From the NCBI GenBank assembly GCA_965200875.1, contig OZ241456.1, forward strand, positions 288,001-352,000: a stretch of 64,000 bases of DNA, in the 5' to 3' direction. Position 1 is the first letter of the stretch. Each line of letters opens with the position of its first letter. A program made the position numbers and the translations under genes. The notes beneath the pieces were generated by a model that worked only from the letters and a program-made list of their open reading frames with translations, searched no databases and was not told the DNA's origin. This stretch comes from Bdellovibrionales bacterium. Lineage in GTDB: Bacteria; Bdellovibrionota; Bdellovibrionia; Bdellovibrionales; UBA1609. Positions 39,744 through 49,344 of the stretch are shown one piece after another.

Positions 39744-39889
39744 TCGGGCGTGAAAAAGGTGTGATATTTTTCTGGATTCCCGTTTTCACGGGACTGAAAG
39801 CCAACAACTTGGCTTTCAGTTTCCAAGGGAGATCTTTCTCTTTAACAGGTAAGTAACCTGTTTTATCAGAGGTTTTTCACGGGCCATTA
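39741..39889. mobile_element. MITE-like element family B, copy 1
   Basis: Ends TAGTCGGGCGTGAAAAAGG and GGTTTTTCACGGGCCATTA form an imperfect IR; inner hairpins TCCCGT-TTTC-ACGGGA and ACTGAAAGCCAA-CAAC-TTGGCTTTCAGT. Confidence 0.65.
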
Positions 39890-39948
39890 TAGTAGTTTCT
39901 TAAGTTTTTTTTTGCGGAAGGTTGTTTCCTGAACCAATAAGAGCTTTT

Positions 39949-41419
39949 TTAATTTTTTAAAAAATATAGGGGAATATGAGTAAGTAATTGAAGCTTGCTG
40001 TCTGTGGTGTCATATAACACATCCAATAAAGGCATTGAATGTTTTGTAGTTCCAATTCTCACTAACCCCAAGTGAAGGCTCATTGGTCGCACCTGTTCCC
40101 AAAGATGCAATCTGAGTGTGCTTAGCACTGGTGGATTTCCAGCTAGTAGGTGATCTAATTCATTATGCACATAATTCGTCAACTTGATAAATCTCGTGCT
40201 CAAAGATAGTGGGGTGCCATATATTTTACGAAGAGGCATTGCTACTTTTGATAAGCCTGTAAAATACAGCTGATCAGGAGAGGCCCTTAATTCATTATGA
40301 ACAGCTACAACCAACCTCTCCGGGATTATTTGATAGCTGTCGCCATCAATATTTTTTATAGACTTATTATATTCAGGAGCTTTTGGGTAAAGTACAGGGT
40401 AATGAATTTTATTATCCAGTGATTTTTGTATTTCAACTTTAAATCGAGTGTTTGGTCCGATGTTATCATCATGTATATATAATATTTCACTTTCAGAATC
40501 TGCTAAAGTGATCGGCTTTGATGGATCAGATTGTTTGAGTGGTGTTTCCCTGAAGCCTACTACGCATACAGCATGATCTCCTTGGTATTGTTGGTTGACT
40601 TTTAGTTTTCCTAAAATAATTACTGGATAACCAGAGCGAATATAGGAGGCGATTGCACTCATAAAGTGTTCTTTTGGAGAAAAAAGTTTTTGGGTGGTGT
40701 TATAGAAACCAGTTTGGATCATAGGAGAAAGTTTTAGCTCTTTTATAGCTTCATACAGTTGAACTTCAGTTAAACCCTTTGATGGAAAAGTTTTTTCTCC
40801 GAAAGAGGCTATCTTATGTGCGGCTTTGGTAATTTCCGCAGTAGTGGGTATAGAATGAAAATCATCAAAAGCGGAAGATTGTAGTGCCGACCACAAAGCG
40901 ATAGTGACGCAGGCCCCTGCGCCTGCATCTTGTTGTTGCCATGCCAAACCTTTTATATGTAATTCAATCCCAGCAACATGACTTTTATAGTTTCTTTGTA
41001 CTGTTATACGCGAGCTGTTTTGTTCTCTATTTTTATACCATTTTAAAACTGTTTTTCCCAAACGAGCTTGTATAGGTCTTAAGACACAAAATCCCAGATA
41101 GCTTTTAGTTAAGATATCTATAGCATTTAAGTCGCCCCCAGTGGCTTTTGTAAAAAATTCACGGGTTATATTTAGGTTGGAAAAAAAAATGAACTCTTCG
41201 ACAAATATTTTTATATCCGAAAGCACTGGTCGAATAAAACTCTGAAAACTCAGACAAGTAATCTCGATCAAAATAATTTGGTTCTATCAGAATTTTTTTA
41301 GCTGAAAGTCCTTTCAGATAATTGATCAAATAATTCCCTTGCTGGGAGTTTTTGATCTTAGATAAAATATTACTTTCTGTTTCAAAGTTTGAAAATTCTA
41401 GGGGTTTTGGAGTGTGCAT
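39949..41419 (-). pseudogene. Papain-like Cys-His-Asp protein split by a 1-nt frameshift in a T9 run (489 aa if repaired)
   Basis: ORF 41159..41419 (..CRRVHFF) joins ORF 39949..41271 (FFSNLN..) if the A9 at 41181-41189 is A8; QQQDAGAGAC, GDHAVCVVG, HDDNIGP. Confidence 0.75.
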
Positions 41420-41692
41420 TTAGTATTCTTCTTCTGGCTTTGAGAATATAAATTTTTCCGGTTGAGGTTTGAAACAATTTGCTAGTCTTTCTATTTCCTT
41501 TGCCAGCTTTTCTGTTTCCGGGTCAGACTGATGAATATCAGTCTTATTTTCTTTTATATCTTTAAAGACTTTGTCCAATTCCTCTTTTGAGGGAAAAGAA
41601 ATGTTTTTTATATCTTCAAGAGTTGTGTCTATATCTTCAAGAGTTGTGTTCCAAAGGGATGTCCCTTTACGCATTCCTTCGTCTTGCTCCAT
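41420..41692 (-). CDS. Small acidic hypothetical protein coupled to the papain-like gene
   Basis: GGAGG RBS; TAA immediately followed by the next ATG; internal TTLEDI duplication. Confidence 0.7.
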   Translation of the reverse strand: MEQDEGMRKGTSLWNTTLEDIDTTLEDIKNISFPSKEELDKVFKDIKENKTDIHQSDPETEKLAKEIERLANCFKPQPEKFIFSKPEEEY

Positions 41693-41850
41693 TATTCCCT
41701 CCGTCCTTTTTTTATAATATACTCTCTCTTAAATAACTATTTTTTTTTAGGATTTGTCAATACTTTGGATTGGCATTGGACTACGTTCTGAAAATTGGCT
41801 GGGTTTTGTTAAAAGTTTAGTGTGGATTTGCCAGTCTCTTCATTATAGAC

Positions 41851-43020
41851 TTGTATGTCGTCAAAAAGTCGTGCAAAATGACGATTATGTATGCAAGATC
41901 TTTAAAACCTCCTAATCAATCTTTTTTTCTGTTAGGCCCTCGTGGAGTCGGAAAAAGTACATGGCTCAATCAGCACTTTAAGCAAGCTCAATTTATTAAT
42001 TTGTTGGATGACGCACTTTATCAAAATTATTTGGAGGATATTTCTCTATTTTACGAAACGCTTAAAGTGCTTAAACCTCGTTCATGGGTTGTGGTGGATG
42101 AAATTCAACGTATGCCGACTTTATTAAATGCCGTTCACCGCCTTATAGAAGAAAAAAAACTTCGGTTTGCTTTAACAGGATCCAGTGCCAGAAAATTAAG
42201 AAAATCAGGTGTTAATTTATTGGCCGGGCGCGCTCATCAGTATTTTATGTATCCTTTAACCCCTAAAGAGCTGGCTCAGGATTTTAATTTTAATCAGCTT
42301 CTTTGCTATGGTTCCGTACCTTTGATTCAAGTGCAGAAAAACAAAAAAGCCACTCTTCAGGCTTATTCTCAAATGTATCTTAAAGAGGAAATCAAATCGG
42401 AGGCTTTGGTTAGGAATTTATCGGGGTTTGCCCGATTTCTTCCCGTGTTGGCACTTTATCATGGACAAGTTCTTAATATTTCAGCAGCAGCGCGTGATGC
42501 AGGGGTATCACGAACCACTATTAATGGTTTTTTAGATATTTTGGAGGACACTTTGCTGGTCAATAAACTGCCAGCTTACGAAGCTCGTTTGCGGGTCAGG
42601 GAAAAAAAACACCCTAAAATATATTGGATAGATCCTGGAATCGTTAGGGCGTGTAAAAAACAGACAGGTCCTGTTGTTGCAGAAGAGAAGGGAAGCTTAT
42701 TTGAAGGTTATATGTATATGTGCCTAAAAATGAAAATGGAATATGAAAATGAATATGACGAAATCAATTACTGGTCTTCTGGTGGTTCTGAAAATGTTGA
42801 AGTAGATTTTCTGCTAAGGATGGGGCGTGAGTTTACCGCCATAGAAGTAAAAACCGGAAAAAAAGTTAAGGCAGAAGATTTAAAAGGGCTTAAAGCTCTG
42901 GCAGATTTAAAGGGTGTAAAAAGAAGAATTTTTGTTTATCAAGGGCCTTTCCTTATGGAAAAAGAAGGAATTGAAATTATGCCTTTTCCTGTGTTCTGTA
43001 AAAAGTTTTTAACAGTTTGA
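41851..43020 (+). CDS. AAA+ ATPase with C-terminal DUF4143 (PD-(D/E)xK-like) domain
   Basis: LLGPRGVGKST, VVDEIQR, LTGSSARKL..NLLAGRA, PKIYWIDPG, EVDFL..AIEVK. Confidence 0.9.
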   Translation: MYVVKKSCKMTIMYARSLKPPNQSFFLLGPRGVGKSTWLNQHFKQAQFINLLDDALYQNYLEDISLFYETLKVLKPRSWVVVDEIQRMPTLLNAVHRLIEEKKLRFALTGSSARKLRKSGVNLLAGRAHQYFMYPLTPKELAQDFNFNQLLCYGSVPLIQVQKNKKATLQAYSQMYLKEEIKSEALVRNLSGFARFLPVLALYHGQVLNISAAARDAGVSRTTINGFLDILEDTLLVNKLPAYEARLRVREKKHPKIYWIDPGIVRACKKQTGPVVAEEKGSLFEGYMYMCLKMKMEYENEYDEINYWSSGGSENVEVDFLLRMGREFTAIEVKTGKKVKAEDLKGLKALADLKGVKRRIFVYQGPFLMEKEGIEIMPFPVFCKKFLTV

Positions 43021-43117
43021 TATACCTTTAGACTCTCTGGTCTCCATAAATTTACTGAACTTCACAAACACTATCTTTAAATCATCGCTTGGATTTTCAT
43101 TTTTCTTTTTGACTATT

Positions 43118-43262
43118 TAGTACCCCGTGATAAAGTATGTTTTCTTAAGGAAAAAGAATGAAACATCTCCCTAAAACTCAACAAGATTCCCATTTTCACG
43201 GGACTGAAAAGCCAACAACTTTGCTTTTCAGCTGTATAAAAAAGGTTTTTTACGGGCCAGTA
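43118..43262. mobile_element. MITE-like element family B, copy 2
   Basis: TAGTACCCCGTGATAAAG..GGTTTTTTACGGGCCAGTA; core GATTCCCATTTTCACGGGACTGAAAAGCCAACAACTTTGCTTTTCAG nearly identical to copy 1. Confidence 0.65.
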
Positions 43263-43314
43263 TTTATCCCAGCTTGGCTTAAAATTCTCGGCATTATTAG
43301 TGAAGGAGGAAAAA

Positions 43315-43737
43315 ATGATAGAGGAAACCCCACGAAGATTGATTGTTCTGGAAGATAATTATTATTACACCCGGACACACGAATGGATTTCATTGGATGA
43401 TAAAAATACAGTCACTATTGGTATTACTTATTATGCCCAGGATCGTTTGGGGGAAATTGTAAGTTGGAGATTGCCAAGAAAAGGCCAAAGTTTTGAGAAA
43501 AAACAGGTTTTTGGTTTGGTGGAGAGCAATAAACATGTCAGTGATTTGTATATGCCTATTTCTGGCGAAGTAGTGGAAATAAATGGCAGTTTGACCCCCG
43601 GATTGATTAGTGATGATCCTATGAGAGATGGTTGGTTAGTGCGCTTAGAGATGAGTCGGGAGGGAGATCTGGTGGATTTATTGGATCCTGCCGCTTACAG
43701 AAAAATAATAGAAGAAGAGATTAAAAGTCTTGAATAG
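43315..43737 (+). CDS. gcvH: Glycine cleavage system H protein
   Basis: YTRTHEWI, IGITYYAQDRLGEIV, VESNKHVSDLYMPISGEVVEIN (lipoyl Lys); AAGGAGG RBS. Confidence 0.88.
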   Translation: MIEETPRRLIVLEDNYYYTRTHEWISLDDKNTVTIGITYYAQDRLGEIVSWRLPRKGQSFEKKQVFGLVESNKHVSDLYMPISGEVVEINGSLTPGLISDDPMRDGWLVRLEMSREGDLVDLLDPAAYRKIIEEEIKSLE

Positions 43738-43770
43738 CGTTTAAGCCGTTTTTTTCGAATTTATCAAAAA

Positions 43771-43856
43771 GCCCGGCTGGCGGAATTGGCAGACGCGCAT
43801 GACTTAGGATCATGTCTCTTTGCGAGGTGGGGGTTCAAGTCCCTCGCCGGGCACCA
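43771..43856 (+). tRNA. tRNA-Leu(TAG)
   Basis: GCCCGGC/GCCGGGC acceptor stem plus ACCA; anticodon arm CATGA-CTTAGGA-TCATG; long variable arm; GGTTCAAGTCC. Confidence 0.97.
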
Positions 43857-43929
43857 GAATTGGAGTGAGAATCTCTAAAAATTATTGACAACACTCCTAA
43901 TTCCTTGCGTCAATAAGAAAGGAATACAA

Positions 43930-44655
43930 ATGAAGAAAAAGTTATCAATAAATGATTTGCAATCCATAATGGAAAGTGCGTTTTTGGCCTTGGGTCGTCC
44001 TTTGTCTTCCCAGGATTTATTAAAATTATTTCATCTGGAAAAAATTCCTTTATCAGAAATTAAGTCATCATTGGCTTGTTTGAAAGAAAAATATCAGGCT
44101 GATAATTCTTGTGGGCTGGAATTAAAAGAAACAGCGGGAGCTTATCAGCTGAGAACAAAAGAGGAAAACAGGGATTATATCCGCCGGCTGATTAAGGGAC
44201 GTTTGTTTCAGTTATCTGCCCCGGCTTTGGAAGTGTTGGTGATTGTGGCTTATCGTCAGCCCTGTAAAAAAGTGACAATAGATGGAATACGTGGCGTGGA
44301 ATCAGGACATTTGCTTAAAACACTTATGGAAAAAAACTTGGTTTGTTTCGGACCAAAGAGTGCAGATCCAGGAAAGTATATAACCTATAAAACCACTCCC
44401 CGATTTTTAGAGGTATTTGGTTTGAAAAGTTTGAAAGATCTGCCATCATCCAAGGATATTCGGGAGCTTTTAGCAGATGAAAATCAATCTGAGGAGGAAA
44501 CAAAGGACTTAAAAAACCTTCTTGGTCGTTTTAAAAATTCTGGAAAATCTTTTTCAGAACAGAAAAAAATTCTGGATGAACTGGAATGGGTGTCTGAAGA
44601 AATCAGCTCCATAAAACCCAAAAAACAAGCAGTTTTCAGTCCTGATCAACCCTGA
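43930..44655 (+). CDS. scpB: SMC-Scp complex subunit ScpB
   Basis: AGAYQLRTK, LSAPALEVL.IVAYRQP, IRGVES, Y.TT..FLEVFGLKSLKDLP. Confidence 0.93.
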   Translation: MKKKLSINDLQSIMESAFLALGRPLSSQDLLKLFHLEKIPLSEIKSSLACLKEKYQADNSCGLELKETAGAYQLRTKEENRDYIRRLIKGRLFQLSAPALEVLVIVAYRQPCKKVTIDGIRGVESGHLLKTLMEKNLVCFGPKSADPGKYITYKTTPRFLEVFGLKSLKDLPSSKDIRELLADENQSEEETKDLKNLLGRFKNSGKSFSEQKKILDELEWVSEEISSIKPKKQAVFSPDQP

Positions 44656-44678
44656 TCAGCATGTTGAACTTGTAAATT

Positions 44679-45413
44679 ATGTCAGGTGTGAAAAAAATAA
44701 TGGGAAAGAAAATTAAAACTTCGGCGGTTTTTAAAGGCCAAATCAAGAATAAAAAACTTCGTGGAGTTTTAAAGCTGTTGCTGTCTTTGTTTATTTTGTA
44801 TCATCTAACGATGACATTTGTTACACCTCACTATATGTCCATAGTCCATGAAAAAATGATGCCCTATTTTAAAACTTATGCTCATACCTTGTCTTTTACC
44901 ACCAGCTGGGATTTTTACGCTCCCAACCCGAGTTATTATAATTACTTTGAATATGAGGTCGTTCACTCGAAGAACAAAGTGGAGACTTTTCGTTGGCCTC
45001 TTTCTCGAAAGGAATCCAAACAGATATATTTGAATCACAATCGTCTGATTTATCATTCCCGTTTTTTTATGGTCTTAGGGAAGAGGTATATCATAAAACA
45101 TTTTATACCTTACCTTTGTAGTCTTCATCCTTTGGCTAATGAGATTACTGTAAAAGTTATGGTGGAAAACAGACCGCACTTTAAAAAAGCAAAAGTTTTG
45201 GATCCCAATACTTTTTCATCTGATAACAAGAAAAATATGCGTAAATGGTTTTCTGCCTCTTCCCGGTGCAGGAAACAGGTAAAATCCAGAAATATAAACA
45301 CTGCCGATGATGATTTTTTGTTAAATGAGGAAAACGCGAATGAAGATAATACAGAAAATGATACAACCGATAATGAAAATTTCCAAAAATGGGAACAGGG
45401 TATGGATGAGTAA
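44679..45413 (+). CDS. Membrane-anchored protein, DUF5819/SdpA-like
   Basis: Single TM then SWDFYAPNP motif; directly upstream of the HTTM gene. Confidence 0.55.
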   Translation: MSGVKKIMGKKIKTSAVFKGQIKNKKLRGVLKLLLSLFILYHLTMTFVTPHYMSIVHEKMMPYFKTYAHTLSFTTSWDFYAPNPSYYNYFEYEVVHSKNKVETFRWPLSRKESKQIYLNHNRLIYHSRFFMVLGKRYIIKHFIPYLCSLHPLANEITVKVMVENRPHFKKAKVLDPNTFSSDNKKNMRKWFSASSRCRKQVKSRNINTADDDFLLNEENANEDNTENDTTDNENFQKWEQGMDE

Positions 45414-46343
45414 ATGCAATGGATAAAAAATAAAATTTTTTTGGGCCTTGGAAAATGGGATGTTTTTTGGTTTAAACCTGTTGATACGATTTCTTTATCC
45501 TGTTTTCGATTTTGTTTTTGCTCCACTTTGCTGGTTATGTATTTAATCCGCTTTTTTGATATACGATTGTTTTTTTATGAAAATGGCTTAATGAGTGGTG
45601 CTGACGCCAAAGCCTTATACAAAATGTATGCGAAAACCGCTTTTAATTTAATACCTTCGGTGGACGCTCTGATATATGTGCTTTATCTGTGTTTTATTAC
45701 AGCTTTATTGCTCATGGCTTTGGGTATTTACAATCGCTTGATCGCTCTTATTACTTTTGTTTTGCATATTATTTTTTTACAAAGAAATCCAAGTATTATA
45801 TTTGGTGCTGATGTGATAGCCACTTTTTGGCTGTTTTATTTGATATTTGCCAATGCCAACAAACAAGTGAGGTGGGTGCATTACTTTTTAAACAAGCGAA
45901 AAGGTTTAATTTCTGAACGGGCGGAAAAAGGAGATTGGTTAAACACTATTTCTCTGCGTTTTGTACAAATTCAATTATGTGTTATTTATATGTTTTCCGG
46001 TTTGGAGAAACTAAAAGGTTTTTCTTGGTGGGAGGGGACAGCAATATGGGAAGCTCTTTCGTTTTATGATTTCACTTTGATAGATTTTTCTTTTCTTCTT
46101 TCCCTGCCTCTGTTGGCCGGGGTGATAACTGCTTTTACTGTATTATTTGAAATTTACTTTCCAGTATTGGTATGGACAAAACTCAAAAAGATTCTTTTGA
46201 TTCTGGGTTTGTGTTTTCATACAGGTATTGCTATTTGTTTGAATATTTACTTTTTCTCTCTCATTATGTTGTCTGCGTACATTGTTTTTATTCCTCCAGA
46301 AACCCTAAGGAGATTTTTTGTCAAGCTGAAACTTGCAAAATAA
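45414..46343 (+). CDS. HTTM-domain membrane protein (VKGC/SdpB-like)
   Basis: RN..IIFGAD, QIQLCVIYMFSGLEKL.G..WWEG.A, FEIYFP, FH.GI..FFS..M. Confidence 0.85.
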   Translation: MQWIKNKIFLGLGKWDVFWFKPVDTISLSCFRFCFCSTLLVMYLIRFFDIRLFFYENGLMSGADAKALYKMYAKTAFNLIPSVDALIYVLYLCFITALLLMALGIYNRLIALITFVLHIIFLQRNPSIIFGADVIATFWLFYLIFANANKQVRWVHYFLNKRKGLISERAEKGDWLNTISLRFVQIQLCVIYMFSGLEKLKGFSWWEGTAIWEALSFYDFTLIDFSFLLSLPLLAGVITAFTVLFEIYFPVLVWTKLKKILLILGLCFHTGIAICLNIYFFSLIMLSAYIVFIPPETLRRFFVKLKLAK

Positions 46344-46377
46344 AAAGCTGATTGGCAGTCTCAGAAAAACCTCTGGC

Positions 46378-46435
46378 TAGTAATCCATGAAAAAATTTGT
46401 TATTTCCCTGGATTTCCGTCTTCGTGGAGATGGCC
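46378..46435. repeat. Degenerate fragment of MITE-like family B
   Basis: TAGTAATCCATGAAAAAA..CTGGATTTCCGTCTTCGTGGAGA parallels the left end and first hairpin of copy 1. Confidence 0.4.
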
Positions 46436-46475
46436 TCCCTTGGGAAAATATATGAAAAAAAGTATAACCCATTCG

Positions 46476-47384
46476 TCAGGAAAGAAGAGCGAAGGCAATC
46501 ACTTTGTTGTTATAGGGATCAGATGTAATCACTCCTGTATGGGTTTGTTTTCTTTTAAGAATACAGTCGTTAGAGCTAGGGTCGGTTTTTAATTCCTTCA
46601 GCTTAAAGCAACATACATAACCTTTTCCACTTGGAGAGTTTTCGTTTCCAGCTGAAAGGTCCTTGTATGAAGGCGGGTACTTTGGATGTTTAGCGATTGA
46701 TGAACCTATGTGGTTTGTTTGTGTTACTTTAAATTTATAATCATATATTTCGAGTGCATATTTTTGATGGGTTGTTTTTTTTAGGAGGGAAACAAAGGTT
46801 TTTAAGTATTCTTCTCTTTTCTGATACGGTAGTAGCCTCCAATGAAAAACAAATATTTGTTTGATGGAAATTTTCGGAGTATTAGGATATTGGCTAAAGC
46901 TTTTATAGGCAGATTCTTTTGCAGACCATAAAGCGGAAGAAGAGGGAGCGTGGTTTAATTCCTCTTTATGGGAAATACGTAAGACTGTTTTTTCACTAGC
47001 TCTTCCCCATTGTTCCAGATCAAAACCTATGCTTTGCCGGAAAGGAGCAATAATAAAACCTCCCATAAAAGTCGAGTGAGAAAGAGATATGGAGGCAAAA
47101 GAAGTTTTTGGAGGAATACCGGGCTTTAGCAATATTTTTTTTTGTTCCTGGGAAAATATACCTTTTTGATCTGAAGCTCCGAGAATGGTTGATTTCAGAT
47201 TTGCCGGAGTTTTTTTCAGTAGTGCTGGATTTCGCTTTTCCAGCTCGTGGAGTAAAAACCGGCGTAGTTTTTTTCTTTGTTCCATTGGAGAGTTTTTTTT
47301 GTCAAAAGTCATTAAGTGGCATGTTAACTTGCAACCAAGCCTCTGGCTGTTTTTCTCCACTATGTGTTCAAGATTTTTCAACAT
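46476..47384 (-). CDS. 4'-phosphopantetheinyl transferase superfamily protein
   Basis: SISLSHS, IGFDLE, LWSAKESAYKS. Confidence 0.75.
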   Translation of the reverse strand: MLKNLEHIVEKNSQRLGCKLTCHLMTFDKKNSPMEQRKKLRRFLLHELEKRNPALLKKTPANLKSTILGASDQKGIFSQEQKKILLKPGIPPKTSFASISLSHSTFMGGFIIAPFRQSIGFDLEQWGRASEKTVLRISHKEELNHAPSSSALWSAKESAYKSFSQYPNTPKISIKQIFVFHWRLLPYQKREEYLKTFVSLLKKTTHQKYALEIYDYKFKVTQTNHIGSSIAKHPKYPPSYKDLSAGNENSPSGKGYVCCFKLKELKTDPSSNDCILKRKQTHTGVITSDPYNNKVIAFALLS

Positions 47385-47392
47385 AAACTATC

Positions 47393-48190
47393 TTACCAAG
47401 GTTGGTAACTTCCTTTTTTTAAAGTCCATATTGCTGCAATATGAAATAGCAGTAACCCCAATAAGGAGATCCAAAAGGCCACATTAATAGGCACATCTGA
47501 AAGCCCCAGCACTCCATAACGTACTCCGTTTATAAAATAAAGCAGTGGGTTAAAGTAAGACACTTTAATCCAAAAAGGGCTTAAGTTTTCCAGAGAAAAA
47601 AACACTCCCCCAAGGGAAATCAAAGGCAAAATAATAAACCCGCCGATAGCACTTACATGGTCAAAGCTTTTAGCCCAAAACGCCACTGCGATTCCAAGCT
47701 TGGTAAAAGCCAGTCCTCCAATGACACAAAAAAGCACAAAGTAAAAAGGATGAGCAGGGACCAACCAAGCACTTTCGTGGAAATAGTAAAAAAGCTCTCC
47801 CGAAAGCAAAACAACCAATCCCACAACCAATCCCCGGAATAACCCTCCTAGGGACATGGCCCATATAATTTGCTGGATTGTCAGCGGGGAAGCTTTAATA
47901 TCCACGATTTCCCCGGTAAATTTCATACCTAATAAAGAGCTGGAACCATTTTGATAGCTGTTGTTCATACATCCCATCATCACCAATCCGGGTATTAAAA
48001 ACTCCAAATAAGATAACTCCTCTAACACCTGAATATTTTTTCCAAGGCTGACTCCAAAAATAAGCAGGTAAATGAAAGAATTAATGGCAGGAATAAAAAT
48101 AGTTTGAGCGAGTACTTTGATGAATCTTTGCACTTCCCGGTAAAGCAATATGAAAAAAGGTGTCCATACCAGATCTTGTTTTTTATTCAT
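47393..48190 (-). CDS. ABC-2 permease (YadH-like)
   Basis: REVQRF, YLEFLIPGLVMM, LGGVFFS, NPLLYFINGVRYG. Confidence 0.92.
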   Translation of the reverse strand: MNKKQDLVWTPFFILLYREVQRFIKVLAQTIFIPAINSFIYLLIFGVSLGKNIQVLEELSYLEFLIPGLVMMGCMNNSYQNGSSSLLGMKFTGEIVDIKASPLTIQQIIWAMSLGGLFRGLVVGLVVLLSGELFYYFHESAWLVPAHPFYFVLFCVIGGLAFTKLGIAVAFWAKSFDHVSAIGGFIILPLISLGGVFFSLENLSPFWIKVSYFNPLLYFINGVRYGVLGLSDVPINVAFWISLLGLLLFHIAAIWTLKKGSYQPW

Positions 48191-48195
48191 ATTTT

Positions 48196-49104
48196 TTAAA
48201 TATCTCCTTTGTTTAGCACATATTTAAAAGCTTCTTCCAAAGTGCCTTCCCGGATTTTCATATCCAATATGTTATGGCTTTGAAAATTTACTTCAGAAAA
48301 AAATTGTCCAATTTCTAGGGAATAGGGTACACGAAATTCCAAAATATTATCGTGGCTTTTTACAAGAGTGGGATGCACGCACTTCATCTTGTTTTTCAGG
48401 GTGATTGTTAGATGACGGGAGGTAAGTTTTTGGACCAGTTTTTTTGTGTTTCCCTGTTTTTGGATCTGTCCTTTATGGATAATGGCCACTCGATCACAAA
48501 GTTGTTCCGCTTCTTCCAGATAGTGTGTGGTGAATAAAATGGCCACTCCAGTTTTTTTTAATTGTAACACCTGCTCCCAAATGGAGTATCTTAATTCCAC
48601 ATCCACACCGGCTGTAGGTTCATCCAGCAAGAGTAATTTTGGGGAATGCCCCAGAGCTTTGGCGATCATTAATCGACGCTTCATTCCTCCGCTGAGTTGA
48701 CGAACTTTTTTATGTCTGTGTTCCCATAGTTCCAGCTGTTTCATTAATTCCGGGATTTTTTTGTTGTGGGAAAAACCATAGTAACCAGAATGAAAATTTA
48801 ACACCTCAGACACATTAAAGTATCCGTGGGTAATAATCTCCTGTGGCACCACACCTGTTATGGATTTAACAGCTCTTTCGTTTTGTATAATATTCATATC
48901 ATTTATGGTGATTTTGCCTTTAGTGGATTTTTCCAAAGTGGTGATCATGGAGATGATGGAAGTTTTACCAGCTCCATTTGGGCCAAGAAGACCAAACACC
49001 TCTCCTGAGTGCACTTCAAAAGACACCTGATTGACAGCACAAAAATCGCCATAGTTTTTTACCAAGTTTTCAATTTTTAAAACAGCCATAATTTTTTGCT
49101 CCAA
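48196..49104 (-). CDS. ABC transporter ATP-binding protein (YadG-like)
   Basis: GPNGAGKT, LSGGMKRR, LLLDEPTAGVD, TTHYLEEA. Confidence 0.95.
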   Translation of the reverse strand: MEQKIMAVLKIENLVKNYGDFCAVNQVSFEVHSGEVFGLLGPNGAGKTSIISMITTLEKSTKGKITINDMNIIQNERAVKSITGVVPQEIITHGYFNVSEVLNFHSGYYGFSHNKKIPELMKQLELWEHRHKKVRQLSGGMKRRLMIAKALGHSPKLLLLDEPTAGVDVELRYSIWEQVLQLKKTGVAILFTTHYLEEAEQLCDRVAIIHKGQIQKQGNTKKLVQKLTSRHLTITLKNKMKCVHPTLVKSHDNILEFRVPYSLEIGQFFSEVNFQSHNILDMKIREGTLEEAFKYVLNKGDI

Positions 49105-49186
49105 TCTTACTTTATCTCTGGCTTTCTGGGAAGGAAATGGTTGTTTACGCTAGTCCACCGCACGCGCAATTTTTTTTAAATAAGTC

Positions 49187-49213
49187 TAAAGTCCACAAAA
49201 AACGGACCGATAA
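49187..49213 (+). promoter_or_regulatory. Sigma-28 (FliA)-like promoter inside a 36-bp block repeated at 57179-57214
   Basis: TAAA-GTCCACAAAAAACGG(15)-ACCGATAA. Confidence 0.65.
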
Positions 49214-49344
49214 GCTAATTAATCGCTTTTTATGGCACTTTTGAGGAAAAAGAAGGGTAAAATGGACGACAATAAAGAATCCACAAACAGTTAGTCGACT
49301 TAAAAAATAAAAAAACAACATAGGGAATCATATAAGAAGCTATA

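Noticed and set aside
43158..43358. 66-aa ORF (and 39614..39826, 27348..27656, 1684..1887)
   Set aside because: They run through repeat elements or antisense to real genes and have no recognisable motifs
43771..43856. tRNA-Leu as the integration site of the defence island
   Set aside because: No integrase, no duplicated tRNA 3' end seen, and gcvH lies between the island and the tRNA
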